Origin: Terriglobia bacterium
Lineage (GTDB): Bacteria; Acidobacteriota; Terriglobia; 2-12-FULL-54-10
Length of the DNA stretch: 64,000 bases
Assembly (NCBI GenBank): GCA_963666975.2
Contig: CAXVYR010000004.1
Coordinates: 448,001-512,000, forward strand
Direction: 5' to 3'
Position 1 is the stretch's first letter. Each line of letters opens with the position of its first letter. The translations under genes and the position numbers were made by a program. Positions 19,661 to 30,255 of this stretch are shown in pieces. The notes beneath the pieces were generated by a model. It was not told the origin of the DNA and searched no databases. It saw nothing but the letters and a program-made list of their open reading frames with translations.

Positions 19661-19996
19661 ATGCCTGAAGAGAGGCGGTGTCACAAACGCTACCCTGTGT
19701 CCGGGAAAACACTGTTCCAAACGGAGTCCCAGGAAGCTACTGGCGAACTGGTGGATATTGCCAGGGGCGGAGTTTGCATTCGCAGCGAGGTGAAGCCTCT
19801 TGAAGGAGAGGAGCTTACCGTCCGCTTCACGGTCCAGGACCACATTGGAGTGTTCGAGATCAGAGGGATGGTGGTGCGGGTTCAATCAAATTCATGGGCG
19901 ATGATGTTCTTAGAAGAGCCTGCGGACCTGGAGACGCTGCTGCGGTCGCTGGCTGAGAAGACCGAAAAACAAGTGGCCAGCCCAACCTGCTCGTAA
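19661..19996 (+). CDS. Single-domain PilZ protein
   Basis: AGGAGG RBS, RCHKR (RxxxR), DIARGG. Confidence 0.8.
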   Translation: MPEERRCHKRYPVSGKTLFQTESQEATGELVDIARGGVCIRSEVKPLEGEELTVRFTVQDHIGVFEIRGMVVRVQSNSWAMMFLEEPADLETLLRSLAEKTEKQVASPTCS

Positions 19997-20171
19997 CCTG
20001 CTTTTTCGGACTCCCCGTATACCCCCAATTTTCCTTGCCCCATCAGATCCCTGCCAGCCATTTTTAGCCACTCTGTCTGATTCCGTGACTAGATCGTTTT
20101 TACGAATTGTGTATTCCGTCAGGGCACGGCTTCAGGCGGGGAAGAAACGGCGGGAGCCGTATAAAATATTT

Positions 20172-20258
20172 TGGTGCGGATGAGAGGACTCGAACCTCCA
20201 CGACCTTGCGGCCACTAGAACCTGAATCTAGCGCGTCTGCCAATTCCGCCACATCCGC
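20172..20258 (-). tRNA. tRNA-Leu (CAG)
   Basis: GCGGATG acceptor, CTAGA-TTCAGGT-TCTAG anticodon arm, long variable arm, GTTCGAGTC, CCA end. Confidence 0.97.
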
Positions 20259-20352
20259 TTTGATGCAGCCTGCATTTTGTCAATCCGGTGGAAGATTGGC
20301 AATCCGCGGCCCGGAGCCGGAGGATTTCCAGGAAATTCTTCCCGACCCGCAC

Positions 20353-20577
20353 TTACTGATTGGACAACAGTTTCAGGACTTCCTCGCGCACCAGTAATTC
20401 GGCCTTTTCACGGCTGCCGTCGGACGCCTCAACGATGCGCGTGCCTGCTCCCGGCATAGCAATCTCAGCCTTCGCGTGGCAGGTCTCCCCCAGACGAAAG
20501 GTTGTGATGGCTACGTCGTTGTCCCCAAACTTCTCCACGCAGTGAGAATAATCATTGGCATTGAGGGTGGCTGCCAT
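20353..20577 (-). CDS. Small hypothetical protein
   Basis: 74-aa ORF MAATLNANDYSH... with a GGAG RBS, co-oriented with gmhA. Confidence 0.6.
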   Translation of the reverse strand: MAATLNANDYSHCVEKFGDNDVAITTFRLGETCHAKAEIAMPGAGTRIVEASDGSREKAELLVREEVLKLLSNQ

Positions 20578-20774
20578 TGGTAATTCTTCTCCCTGGTGTA
20601 TAAGGTTATAGTGTACTCCGAGCCTCTGCTGTACCGCAACCATGCCGGCTTACAGCGCCACAGAAAACCGCTACGCGGCACAAAGAATGCTTGAACAAAT
20701 ATTTTTGAACCATGGCTGCGTTGATGCCTTGTGCGACCCCAACCCCTTGCACGGCTCTTTTTCAGCGGGTTGGT

Positions 20775-21365
20775 TTATGACTTTTCAACAATTAAATCTT
20801 CCACCATCCCGCAAAGGATGTGCCCAACGGTGATGTGCGATTCTTGAATCCGCTGTGTGTTGCTGGATGGAATGCAAAGGCATAGTTCCGCCACTTCGGG
20901 CAGCTTCCCGCCGGACTCGCCTGTCCATCCCACGGTGAGAGCCTTCCTCCGATTGCCTTCTTCCAGTCCGCGCAGGACATTTTCCGAGTTGCCGCTGGTG
21001 CTGAGGCCGATGAGCACGTCTCCCGGCCGCACGAAGGCCTCCACCTGGCGGGAAAAAACTTCGTCATAGGAATTGTCGTTTGCTATAGCCGTCAGGGTGG
21101 AGGTGTTGGTGGTGAGGGCCACGGCCGCCAGAGCACGACGGGTGCGACTCAGGCGCGCCACCAACTCGGCAGCGATGTGCTGGGCATCGGCTGCGCTGCC
21201 GCCGTTGCCGATCAAATAGACAGTCCCTCCCGCCTCCAGCGCTGCGGCCACCTGTTCGGCAAGCCGGACGATTTGCCTCTTCAGCTCCGCGGAGAATTGC
21301 TGTTTGACGCGGCAACTCTCCTCCAGCTCTTTCTCGACGCGGGCTATCAGTGTGTTGCTGTCCAT
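20775..21365 (-). CDS. gmhA: Phosphoheptose isomerase
   Basis: GNGGSAADAQH, TAIAND, STSGNS, RIQESH. Confidence 0.97.
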   Translation of the reverse strand: MDSNTLIARVEKELEESCRVKQQFSAELKRQIVRLAEQVAAALEAGGTVYLIGNGGSAADAQHIAAELVARLSRTRRALAAVALTTNTSTLTAIANDNSYDEVFSRQVEAFVRPGDVLIGLSTSGNSENVLRGLEEGNRRKALTVGWTGESGGKLPEVAELCLCIPSSNTQRIQESHITVGHILCGMVEDLIVEKS

Positions 21366-21394
21366 GTGCACTCAACCAATTTCCAAGCCGGGCC

Positions 21395-22999
21395 TCAGGC
21401 CGGAGCGGAGCGAATCTTCTCCAGCAGCCGCGAGGTGGAAATGCCGCGCCGGATGGGGATCAACCGCGTGACGCCGCCATAGGTCTTGAGAAAATCCGCG
21501 CCCACCACCTCCGACTCCGCATAGTCGTCTCCTTTCACCAGCACGTGCGGACGGATCAGGTTCAGCAGATCCATCGGGTCCGGCTCGTCGAAGATCACAA
21601 GATAGTCGACGCTTTCGAGCGCCGCGATGGCGTAAGCGCGGTCTTCTGCGGAAACAATGGGGCGGTGGTCGCCTTTGAGCCGTCTGACGGAGGCGTCACT
21701 GTTCAGCCCCACCACCAGAACATCCCCCAGCAGTTTCGCCTCTCGCAGAAGATACATGTGCCCCACGTGAAGCAGGTCAAAACAGCCGTTGGTGAAAACA
21801 ATCTTCTTGTTTTCCTTGCGGAGCGTTTCCATCAACGCTCCCACCCCCTCGCGAGGCTGGATTTTCGCGCTGGCGGAGAAGCGGCGCACGTCAAGCTCAC
21901 GCTCCACCTCGAAGGGGTAGACTACGGCGGCGCCCGCCTTGCTCACCGCCACTCCCGCCGCCAGGTTGCCCAGTTGCGCGGCCTCCCGGAAGCTTTTTCC
22001 CGAGGCGACCGCCAGTGCAAAGGCCGCCAGCACGGTGTCTCCCGCCCCGGTTACATCGAAGACTTCCCGCGCGCTGGTGGGAAGGTGATGGAATCCGGCA
22101 CGATCCATCAGGCTGAGACCTTCGGCCCCGCGGGTGATGAGCACTGCGTCTAAACTGAATTCTTTGAGTCTTGCCTGGAGCGTGCTTTCCCATTCCTTGC
22201 CTGCCGCCTCCAGGGTATCGGCGGTGGAGGACGCTGCAAAGGATACCTCCAGGGCCGCCTCCGCCTCTGCCGAGTTCGGAGTCAGCACGGTGGCTCCCGC
22301 GTAACGTTGCCAGTCTTTTTCCTTGGGGTCCACCACCACAGGCTTGCCCGCCTTGCGCGCCATGGCGATTAGCTGCTGCAACAACTCCGGAGGCAAAGCG
22401 CCTTTGGCGTAGTCCGATACCACCACGCCCTGCACCTCGCCGATCACCCGCGCGGCGAAGGCAAGTATCTGAGCGGCCGAGGCGGCGGATATGGGGTGCC
22501 GGGACTCCTCATCAAACCGCAGCACCTGATGGTGTCCGAATAACGCCGCAATCTCCGCAGGCCTTCCTCCTTGGGTGGCCACCACACGAGATTTCAAAGT
22601 GGTCTTGCGCCCCTGCTCGCGAACTACTTCCAAACCCTGGCAGGAGCGTACCGCGCGGAGTTCCTGCTCCAGCAACCCGCCCGCTTCGTCCTCCCCTACC
22701 ACTGCCGCGCACCAAACCTTGCCGCCCAGGCTGTCCACGTTGCGAACAACATTTCCCGCCCCGCCCAACTGCTGGCGGGTTTCCTTCACGAGGATCACCG
22801 GCGCGGGCGCTTCCGGCGAGATGCGGCTGGCTTCACCGTAGATCGTCCGGTCCACCATAAAGTCGCCCACCACCAGCACGCCTGCACCGGCGACGGCATG
22901 GAGCAGATCGGCGACAGTTTGGCGGTCTAAAGTTTGGTGGTCTGTTGACACCGGAACCTCTGTGCGACCCTGTTTCCGGCCCCTCCCCTTGGCGCTCAT
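21395..22999 (-). CDS. hldE: Bifunctional heptose-7-phosphate kinase / heptose-1-phosphate adenylyltransferase
   Basis: RISPEAP, SDYAKG, DVTGAGDT, TNGCFDLLHVGH. Confidence 0.95.
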   Translation of the reverse strand: MSAKGRGRKQGRTEVPVSTDHQTLDRQTVADLLHAVAGAGVLVVGDFMVDRTIYGEASRISPEAPAPVILVKETRQQLGGAGNVVRNVDSLGGKVWCAAVVGEDEAGGLLEQELRAVRSCQGLEVVREQGRKTTLKSRVVATQGGRPAEIAALFGHHQVLRFDEESRHPISAASAAQILAFAARVIGEVQGVVVSDYAKGALPPELLQQLIAMARKAGKPVVVDPKEKDWQRYAGATVLTPNSAEAEAALEVSFAASSTADTLEAAGKEWESTLQARLKEFSLDAVLITRGAEGLSLMDRAGFHHLPTSAREVFDVTGAGDTVLAAFALAVASGKSFREAAQLGNLAAGVAVSKAGAAVVYPFEVERELDVRRFSASAKIQPREGVGALMETLRKENKKIVFTNGCFDLLHVGHMYLLREAKLLGDVLVVGLNSDASVRRLKGDHRPIVSAEDRAYAIAALESVDYLVIFDEPDPMDLLNLIRPHVLVKGDDYAESEVVGADFLKTYGGVTRLIPIRRGISTSRLLEKIRSAPA

Positions 23000-23483
23000 T
23001 TCCAGTTCTCCGGATGGGCGGCTTGTCTTTTCTTTTCAAGCATTTGTATTTTCGCGGGGTTAGTGAAGCCCGCCGGTCATCTATCGAGCTTACAGCAATC
23101 GAGCTTGCAGCGCGGAGCTTTCAGGGCACATTTTAACAGAAAACCGTTCGCTCGTACCGGGAGGCAGTTGTAAATGAGTGAACGTGTAAAGATTCTAAAG
23201 CGTTGCCAGGAAACAGGGAATCGAGGGAAAAAGAAGGAAAAAAGTTCTCTTTTTCTCCAGCTTTAGAAGAGGGATTTTCGCAGCCAGATCGTTTGAATTC
23301 AGTTAGTTGGGGCGTAACTTGTTTTGGTATTAGAATTGCTAGTCTATCAACCATGAATGACCTTGCTTTCGTTATCAGGATCGGTTTCATCCTCTGGCTG
23401 TTCAGCACCGGAATGATGGTGCTGTCCGGTGGCGGACCCTCTTGAAGTATTCCCCTATACTCGGGGCCTTTTGAGGTGCGGAT

Positions 23484-23738
23484 ATGACGGTTTTTTGCAG
23501 GAGTTGCGGGAAAGAGAAAGAATTTGAACAGTGCTGGTGGGAACTGCGGAGGGACTCTTCCGAGGGCTCCGTTAGGATCATCCACTTCCAATACTACTGG
23601 AGCGACCGCGATGCGCAGTTCTGCAGCAGAACGTGCCTGTTCGAGCACTTAGAGGATCATTGCAAACGGACAGAGGCGAACAGCAACGCTTTCTCCATAC
23701 CCACGCATTCCCGTGCCGTGCCGGTCGAGAGTATTTGA
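23484..23738 (+). CDS. Small Cys-rich (zinc-finger-like) hypothetical protein
   Basis: GAGG RBS, CRSC...FCSRTC. Confidence 0.45.
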   Translation: MTVFCRSCGKEKEFEQCWWELRRDSSEGSVRIIHFQYYWSDRDAQFCSRTCLFEHLEDHCKRTEANSNAFSIPTHSRAVPVESI

Positions 23739-23937
23739 CCGCTTCCGTTCGTGTGAGCCCGCAGCCAGGCTTTGCAATTGTGACTGCTTAGTTTGTGAAT
23801 ACTAAAGTTTGTGAAAACTTTAGTTGCGCAGGAGGGGGCCGCTCAGCGGCCCTTTCCATTTTTCCCGGCCAGCAATCCGCCCGGCATGCCATTCCCGCGC
23901 CTGTTTCCGCTTTCCACCATAGCCCTGCGCGGCCGCA

Positions 23938-24126
23938 TCAAAAGTAGGCCGTCAGCGTTTGGATCTTGCTGACATCCGGATACAGGACGCCCACCGACGC
24001 GTGGTCCGACGACCGGGGGTTGTACCAGATGGCCCCATCCCGCGTGATCGACACTTTGGGCATATCGGTTCTCTGCGGGCTCGGATAATAGGTAAATTTC
24101 TCCGTGCGGGGATTGAACCGGATCAA
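23938..24126 (-). pseudogene. C-terminal fragment of a Vgb-lyase-like beta-propeller protein
   Basis: LIRFNPRTEKFTYYP...DGAIWY blade; no upstream coding region. Confidence 0.6.
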
Positions 24127-24296
24127 CGCTCCCCCTTGCCCTCCGTCGCTGATCCAATGGATTTGCCAACTCTACGCATGAAATTTTCACAAACCCTTCT
24201 GCGGCGAACCCAGCGACGGAAGAGTTCCTCTGCAAGCTGGTGCTGGCAGAAAGCTCTCGAACTTTAAGCAGAAATGCGCCTGAATGAACCTGCGAG

Positions 24297-25076
24297 TTGA
24301 TACAATCACCAGGACAGCTCATCCAGCCATGCGGAGGCTGCTTGCATCTGCAAGGACTTCGGATCATATCGCGAGAGGTAACCAGCATCTTGTCCCCATC
24401 ACAACCAACAACGCCGGAATTCCTGGGAGACGAACTTTCCGAGATTCTTACATGCCCATCCTGCGGGAATCAGACACCCCACAACCTGCTTCGTAGCGAA
24501 GGCCATTCTTACGTTATCCCGAAGGACATCTTATTTCGCGGCTTCACCTGGATGGTGAAGTGCGCCACCTGCAAGGAGATTTCACTCTACCGCTCGGACT
24601 GGAATCCCCAGGCAAAAGGCCAAGTGGAGGTCATCCTGCTTTACCCGCAGCCTCGCCAGGCTCCTGGCGAAGTCCCCACCCGCATTCGCGCCAGATTTAA
24701 TGAAGCTGTTGCCGTCTCGAAAACTTCTCCCTCACTGGGTGGCGTGGGACTGCGACGAGCGATGGAAGAGCTGATGAAAGATCAAAGCGCCAAGGGGAAA
24801 ACGCTCGCCTCCAATATCCGCGGGCTTGCCGATCGCGGAGACATCCCCGCGCATTTAGCAGGATTGATCGATACGGTAAAAGAGTTGCAACTCCTCGGCG
24901 CGCACGCGGAAGAGCCGGACGTTTCTCCTCAGGACATCCCTGTTCTGATAGATTTTTGCCTGGCCGTTTTCGAGTACCTGTACGTGGCGCCCTCGAAGGT
25001 CAGTGCGGTAAAAAACCGCCGGGCAACCCGTCAACTCCAGTCTCCATCGCCATCTGCCCCCAAGCCAGCCGGTTAA
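24297..25076 (+). CDS. DUF4145 (HEPN-like) protein with N-terminal zinc ribbon
   Basis: CPSC...CATC, LRRAMEEL, LGAH; start uncertain. Confidence 0.75.
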   Translation: MIQSPGQLIQPCGGCLHLQGLRIISREVTSILSPSQPTTPEFLGDELSEILTCPSCGNQTPHNLLRSEGHSYVIPKDILFRGFTWMVKCATCKEISLYRSDWNPQAKGQVEVILLYPQPRQAPGEVPTRIRARFNEAVAVSKTSPSLGGVGLRRAMEELMKDQSAKGKTLASNIRGLADRGDIPAHLAGLIDTVKELQLLGAHAEEPDVSPQDIPVLIDFCLAVFEYLYVAPSKVSAVKNRRATRQLQSPSPSAPKPAG

Positions 25077-25198
25077 TCTACAAGTACTTAAGTCTCACCG
25101 CGACACGAGGACTTTGCTCTTAAAAAATTGCTTCCATAGTACTATTGACCTCATTCTGCTTCCGCCGCACAATCAACCTATCGAGGGAGGAATACAGC

Positions 25199-25969
25199 AT
25201 GCTAGAAACTGCCGAAACGCCCACTCAACAACTGCCAGACCAGAGGGATGCCGGCGCAGAAGCACGCGCGCGGAGCATGGAGGAACATCGGGCGCTGGAT
25301 CACCAGAAGCTGCTGGAGCGAGTGGAAGCGGCGGAGATGCTGATTCAACAGTTAGTGGCCGAGCGGGATGAAAGCCGAGATCAGCTGTGCAAAGCAGCAG
25401 CCCGGAATCAGAAGCTGCAGGAAGAACTGGCCGTCACCCAAGAGCAGTTTCGCCAGCAAAGAGAAACAACGGTTAAGACCACCCGAAAAATAACGGGGCG
25501 GATGGAAGCGGCGGAGATACGCATAATACAGCTAGTGGCCGAACGAGATGAAAGCCGAGATCAGATGAGCGAAGCAGTGGATCAAAATCGAAAGCTGAAA
25601 GAACATCTGACTGCCGCCCAAGAACAGTTTTACAAACAAAGAGAAACAGCCCTTCAGGCCTTTCGCAAGATAGTGGCTGAGCGGGACAAAGGCCAAGCAG
25701 AACTGAGCGATGTAGAGAGCCGCATACGGCACCTGGAAGACTCATTTACTGCGGCCCAAGAGCAGTTTCGCAAGCAAAGAGAAACAGCCCTTCAGACTAT
25801 TCGGCAAATCGCGGCCGAACGAAATGAAAGCCAAGCTCGGTTGAGCGAAGCCGAGGACCGCATGCGGAAGCTGGAAGAGGAATTAGCTGCGAAGCACGAG
25901 CGGCTTTCGCCCAGGACAGACTCAGCAGACGTTGGTAGAGACAGCCCCGCCAAGCAATCATCCACATAA
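25199..25969 (+). CDS. Coiled-coil protein with internal repeats
   Basis: GGGAGG RBS; repeated AERDESRDQ and QEQFxxQRET units. Confidence 0.7.
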   Translation: MLETAETPTQQLPDQRDAGAEARARSMEEHRALDHQKLLERVEAAEMLIQQLVAERDESRDQLCKAAARNQKLQEELAVTQEQFRQQRETTVKTTRKITGRMEAAEIRIIQLVAERDESRDQMSEAVDQNRKLKEHLTAAQEQFYKQRETALQAFRKIVAERDKGQAELSDVESRIRHLEDSFTAAQEQFRKQRETALQTIRQIAAERNESQARLSEAEDRMRKLEEELAAKHERLSPRTDSADVGRDSPAKQSST

Positions 25970-26263
25970 CTTGCATCCTCATGGCTTGCCCTCAATGGGA
26001 CCGGGCCTGATGCAGCCCGCTCGTCTTTCCCTGCCTGACAGCGAAGGGGCCCGGAAAACACCGCGTTGTGGTTTACATCAACTATAAAACCGCTCTAGCC
26101 GGGCAGAGACAACAATGCGGACCTTTCCTCGGGGAGTTGGAGAAAGGAACAGAAGTTTTTGCTGGAAGAAATTTAACGGGGCATGTCTACAAGATCCTTC
26201 GCCGGAAGCATGTCCGGCTTTCCGCGCTCTAAACGTTGCCCCCATTCTTCCAGGAGAAATTCA

Positions 26264-26563
26264 TCAGGCGAGCGAGGAGGCTCCGGCTTCCGCCAGCCAC
26301 TCCATTTCCTTGTCCTTGCCATAGGAGCGTACCCGCCCGATGCCGACGTAGTCGTGTCCGAAATCGCGCCGAATTTTCTTCGCCACCATTCCCAGCATCT
26401 CTCCCACGTCGAGCGTCGAGACAACGAGAAGTTGGATTTTGTTCAGGAAAGCCAGGCGGCGAAAGAGCTGCTGCTCGCGGAAGAACCCATAGAGGCATGC
26501 GCACGATCCCACCGACAACAAGCCCAGCAGGATGGAAACGATTTCAGCCGAGAATAGGGTCAT
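26264..26563 (-). CDS. Small membrane protein, possibly a truncated GAF-like sensor
   Basis: N-terminal TM followed by STLDVGEML, the usual GAF lead-in. Confidence 0.45.
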   Translation of the reverse strand: MTLFSAEIVSILLGLLSVGSCACLYGFFREQQLFRRLAFLNKIQLLVVSTLDVGEMLGMVAKKIRRDFGHDYVGIGRVRSYGKDKEMEWLAEAGASSLA

Positions 26564-26595
26564 CGTGTAAAGCCCCGGTTCAAAAACAAAACGAA

Positions 26596-28379
26596 CTAAT
26601 TTTTAGTTGCCAGCTTGTTAGAAATACTCTCAGCGTACCCGGCTAATTCCTCGCTGAGAATTCCCGTAGGGTCGCCGACGAGTTGCTTGTGCCGGGTTCC
26701 AGGGTCTTCGACATCGCTTGACGATCGAAAAACATTATCGATCATTTTGCACTCACGGAACATGAACAGGAACAGTTCCACCGCATCGGGATCAAATTGC
26801 GTGCCGGAGCCGCTTTGCAGCAACTCCGAAGCCTCCTTCCAGGACATCGCTTTGCGGTATGCGCGGTCGCTGGTCAGCGCGTCGTAGACGTCCGCAACAT
26901 GAACGATGCGGACTCCGAGAGGAACTTCCTCCCCTTTGAGTCCGTAGGGATATCCGCTGCCGTCGTGGTTCTCGTGGTGCAATTCCACGATGGGCAGGTA
27001 CTGCTGGAACCTCCCCACCTTCTCCAAGATTTTTCTGCCGATCTGCGGGTGCTGTTTGATCAAAGCAAGCTCTTCGTCGCTCAGCCGCCCGGGTTTCTGG
27101 AGTATGTCATCCGAAATACCGATTTTGCCGATGTCGTGGAGTTTGGCGCCGATCCGAATGATTTCAATTTGATCGGGTGGAAGCCCCATCGCATTGGCTA
27201 TCGCCGACGAGTTCGCGCTGACGCGGTTACTGTGGCCAGCCGTATAGGGGTCCCTCGCGTCCAAAGCCTGTGCCATGGTCTCGATGAATTCCAAGGTGGC
27301 CTCGTCCAATTTCTCTTGCGACTCCCGCACGGCCCCGGCGGCGCGGTTGAACGCTCGGGCGAGCACATTCACTTCTGTAGCCGGCGACCTGGTGGTGAGA
27401 TTCGAATTCAGCCGTCCCGCCCGCTCGCTGGCCCTCAAACGCTCGACCAAGTCGGTGAGAGGCTTGGAAATGGAACGGGAGCCCATCTTGGAAAACAGCA
27501 GCACAACCAGCACGCCGCCCAGCCCAATCCATAAAAAAACCATCTGGAAACCGCTGGTGAATTCACTCTTGGCTGCATCGATGGACTGGAAGCTGAGAAG
27601 CTGGTACGCTCCCTCCCAGTTTGACAGATTCACCGGGAGAGCCAGGTAAGTCTCTCCGCCGATCTTTATCTCGCATTCGTCCTCGTTCCGGGCGCATTGG
27701 GTTTGGAGTTCGCGCTCAACTTCCTCAACCATCCCAGCCGGGAAGGTGCCGAGCAGGACTTTGTGGTCGCCAACTAAAGCTACTTCTCCCAGGTGACTCA
27801 AAGCGCTGAGGTCAAATTTCCTTCCCGCCATCAGGCTGCCCAGCTTTTCCGCGCCCAGACCAGACCGACCGGCACGGTCGTGGTCTCGTAAGGTGTTCCC
27901 TGCACATTGATGAAAGGAGAAGAGTCAAGCGCAACTGAAAGGGCATCAAAAGAAACTTTCCATTCATCTTGCCTTCCATCTTGCGCCACGATTCCTCCAA
28001 TCGGAGCGCCTTGCGAATCGGCGGCCAGAAGAAAGTCGTAATCGAGATGCCTGCCCAGTTCGCGCAATTGATCTTCAATGGCCTGTCGGATTTGTGACTG
28101 GGATGTTGGATCGGAGGCAGCATTCTGAAAGCGGCTGAGTTGCTCTTGCAGCTCCGCGCTTTCACTCACGATGGCAAGCTGCTGGCGATTGAGCCGGTCA
28201 TAGACAGCTCTTGTCTTGACTAAAGATATTTCAGTCCGACGCAGGGATTCGCTGAGGTCTTTTTTGATCTTCCCCTGGATTGCCGCGTTGATTGCGAAGA
28301 AGCTCACGACCGCTACCAAACACATGGGAATGCAGGCAAATAAAAATGCTCGTGCTGTCAGGGAAAGTTTTGGTTTCAT
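26596..28379 (-). pseudogene. Membrane HAMP + HD-GYP c-di-GMP phosphodiesterase split by a 5-bp duplication
   Basis: DPYTAGHS, LHDIGKIG, HHENHDGSGYP; removing one CAGAC at 27856-27865 joins the two ORFs. Confidence 0.85.
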
Positions 28380-28788
28380 CGGACTGATCTCTCTCCGGGG
28401 CGGGGATAAAAGAAAACTCGGACACTGCACTCGGCCATGTGAAAGGGCCCTGGCAGTATTCCAAAGAGCAGCTTATCCACGCGGTTCATCCTTTTCCTTT
28501 CAAGATTTCGGAGGCTGGCATAGCCGCACATGAGTACTATCGGTCTTGTGGGGTCTGGAGTCAATGAGCGAAAGGGCTCAATTCCACCAGGACCATGCTA
28601 CTATTTAGCATTACCACCTAACCAACTGTAAATAAATAGGTTAACAACCTATGTAGCATAGGGTGACTCCGGCAGGAAAGGGTCAAGAAGCCGCTCTCTC
28701 CCGGCTCTTCGCAGACGTATCTCCGCCAGCACGACCAGCAAGAAGATGACGCTGCTGCATGTGGTTACAATAGGCGGTTTGCAATAGA

Positions 28789-29279
28789 ATGAACTGCGTG
28801 TCGTTCCTGAAATACCTGCTGCTCATCGCGGCCATTGCATTTTTTCTGAACGTGGTCTGGGAAAATGCCCAAACCCCGCTCTTTGCAAGCAGCCATTCCA
28901 TCCCGCGGCATATTTTCATCTATACGATGGCCTCCGTCATGGACGCTCTCTACACCGTTGGTCTCTTTCTCGGCATGGCGATTCTTTGGAGAAATCGCCG
29001 CTGGACGGAAACGCTTCGCCCGTCACACACCACGTTTGTCTTGCTTGCGGGCTTCGCCACTGCCAAACCCTCGCCGAGCATATTTTCATCTATACGATGG
29101 GTTGGGCCACTGCCACCCTCGCCGAGGGTTGGGCGATCCACACCTCCCGATGGCACTACAGCTCGTGGATGCCGCTGATCCCGCAGTTGGATGTCGGAGT
29201 TTTCCCTGTCCTTCAGCTCATGGTTTTGCCGCTCGCCACGTTTCACATCGCACGGCGAATTGCCGGGAAATCGCGATAG
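28789..29279 (+). pseudogene. Membrane protein frameshifted by a 50-bp mosaic insertion
   Basis: LNVVWENAQTPLF...WHYSSWMPLIP; deleting 29056-29105 restores one frame. Confidence 0.7.
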
Positions 29280-29388
29280 CAGAACCGTATCCTCCCACAC
29301 GGTGCGATGCCGGTGTCTTCTGTAACGGGGAATGTTATACAATCGGACTTTCGCTAAAAGTTGGCGGCATATAATCTGGATGCGCGCA

Positions 29389-30213
29389 ATGAGTGGGTCC
29401 ACCCCAGCAGTCCCGGCGGGAATATCAAAGGAGAAAGCTGCGAACCATATTCCGGTGCCGCGCTGCGTCCTGATTCCTTCCGGTGAATTCTGGATGGGGA
29501 CGGACGAGGGAAAGCAAGAGGGCCAGGGCAGTGCCGGGCAGGACGAGGAACGTCCGCTTCATCGAGTCTGGGTAGACGCCTTCGAGATGGCGGTCTTTCA
29601 GGTGCGGAACCGTGACTTCAAGTTGTTCCTCGATGCCACCGGCCACCCTGCCCCGCCGCATTGGGACGATCCGGCTTTTAACGATCCCGAACAGCCGGTT
29701 GTCGCGGTAAGCTGGTTCGAGGCCGCACAGTATTGTGAATGGCTCAGCCAGCAGACCGGCTCCCGGTACCGCCTGCCCACCGAAGCCGAATGGGAGCGGG
29801 CGGCGCGCGGTGACCGCGAAGACTCGCGTTACCCGTGGGGCAATGAGCCGCCGCAGCAGTGGCCGGAGCACGTTCGCCGCTGGACGGGCAAGGTAACGGG
29901 TCCGCTGCGCGCCGGCGAGGGGACGCCGAACCCGTTCGGCGTATATGACATCGGCGAGAACGTCCACGAATGGTGCGCCGACTGGTTCGACAAGAACTAC
30001 TATGCGCGGTCTCCCGAGCGCAACCCGCAGGGGCCGTCCACCGGCGTGCGGCGCGCCTCCCGCGGCGGTTCCTGGCGGCATCAGATCAAGGCAACCCGTT
30101 GCGCCGCCCGCTCCAGCATCCCCCCGGCCTTCCAATACGCGGACTACGGTTTTCGCGTGGTGCGCGAGGCTGGTGAAGCGCCTGCCTGCTCCGCCGGAAC
30201 GGGCTCTGCATAG
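29389..30213 (+). CDS. FGE-sulfatase (SUMF1/EgtB/PvdO-like) domain protein
   Basis: GEFWMG, DEERPLHRV, PVVAVSW, RLPTEAEWE, RGGSW, GFRVV. Confidence 0.9.
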   Translation: MSGSTPAVPAGISKEKAANHIPVPRCVLIPSGEFWMGTDEGKQEGQGSAGQDEERPLHRVWVDAFEMAVFQVRNRDFKLFLDATGHPAPPHWDDPAFNDPEQPVVAVSWFEAAQYCEWLSQQTGSRYRLPTEAEWERAARGDREDSRYPWGNEPPQQWPEHVRRWTGKVTGPLRAGEGTPNPFGVYDIGENVHEWCADWFDKNYYARSPERNPQGPSTGVRRASRGGSWRHQIKATRCAARSSIPPAFQYADYGFRVVREAGEAPACSAGTGSA

Positions 30214-30255
30214 GCTTCCTCTCGCGGGAGGACTGACAATGTGTGAGGAAAGCAA

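Noticed and set aside
20172-20258. tRNA-Leu or tRNA-Thr as an island attachment site
   Set aside because: No duplicated tRNA 3' end or integrase was noticed in the window.
23353-23445. 30-aa hydrophobic peptide as a type I toxin
   Set aside because: Weak RBS and no antisense partner seen; too short to support.
23801-23824. Perfect 10-bp inverted repeat ACTAAAGTTT-GTGA-AAACTTTAGT
   Set aside because: Isolated AT-rich palindrome between convergent gene ends; no function can be supported.
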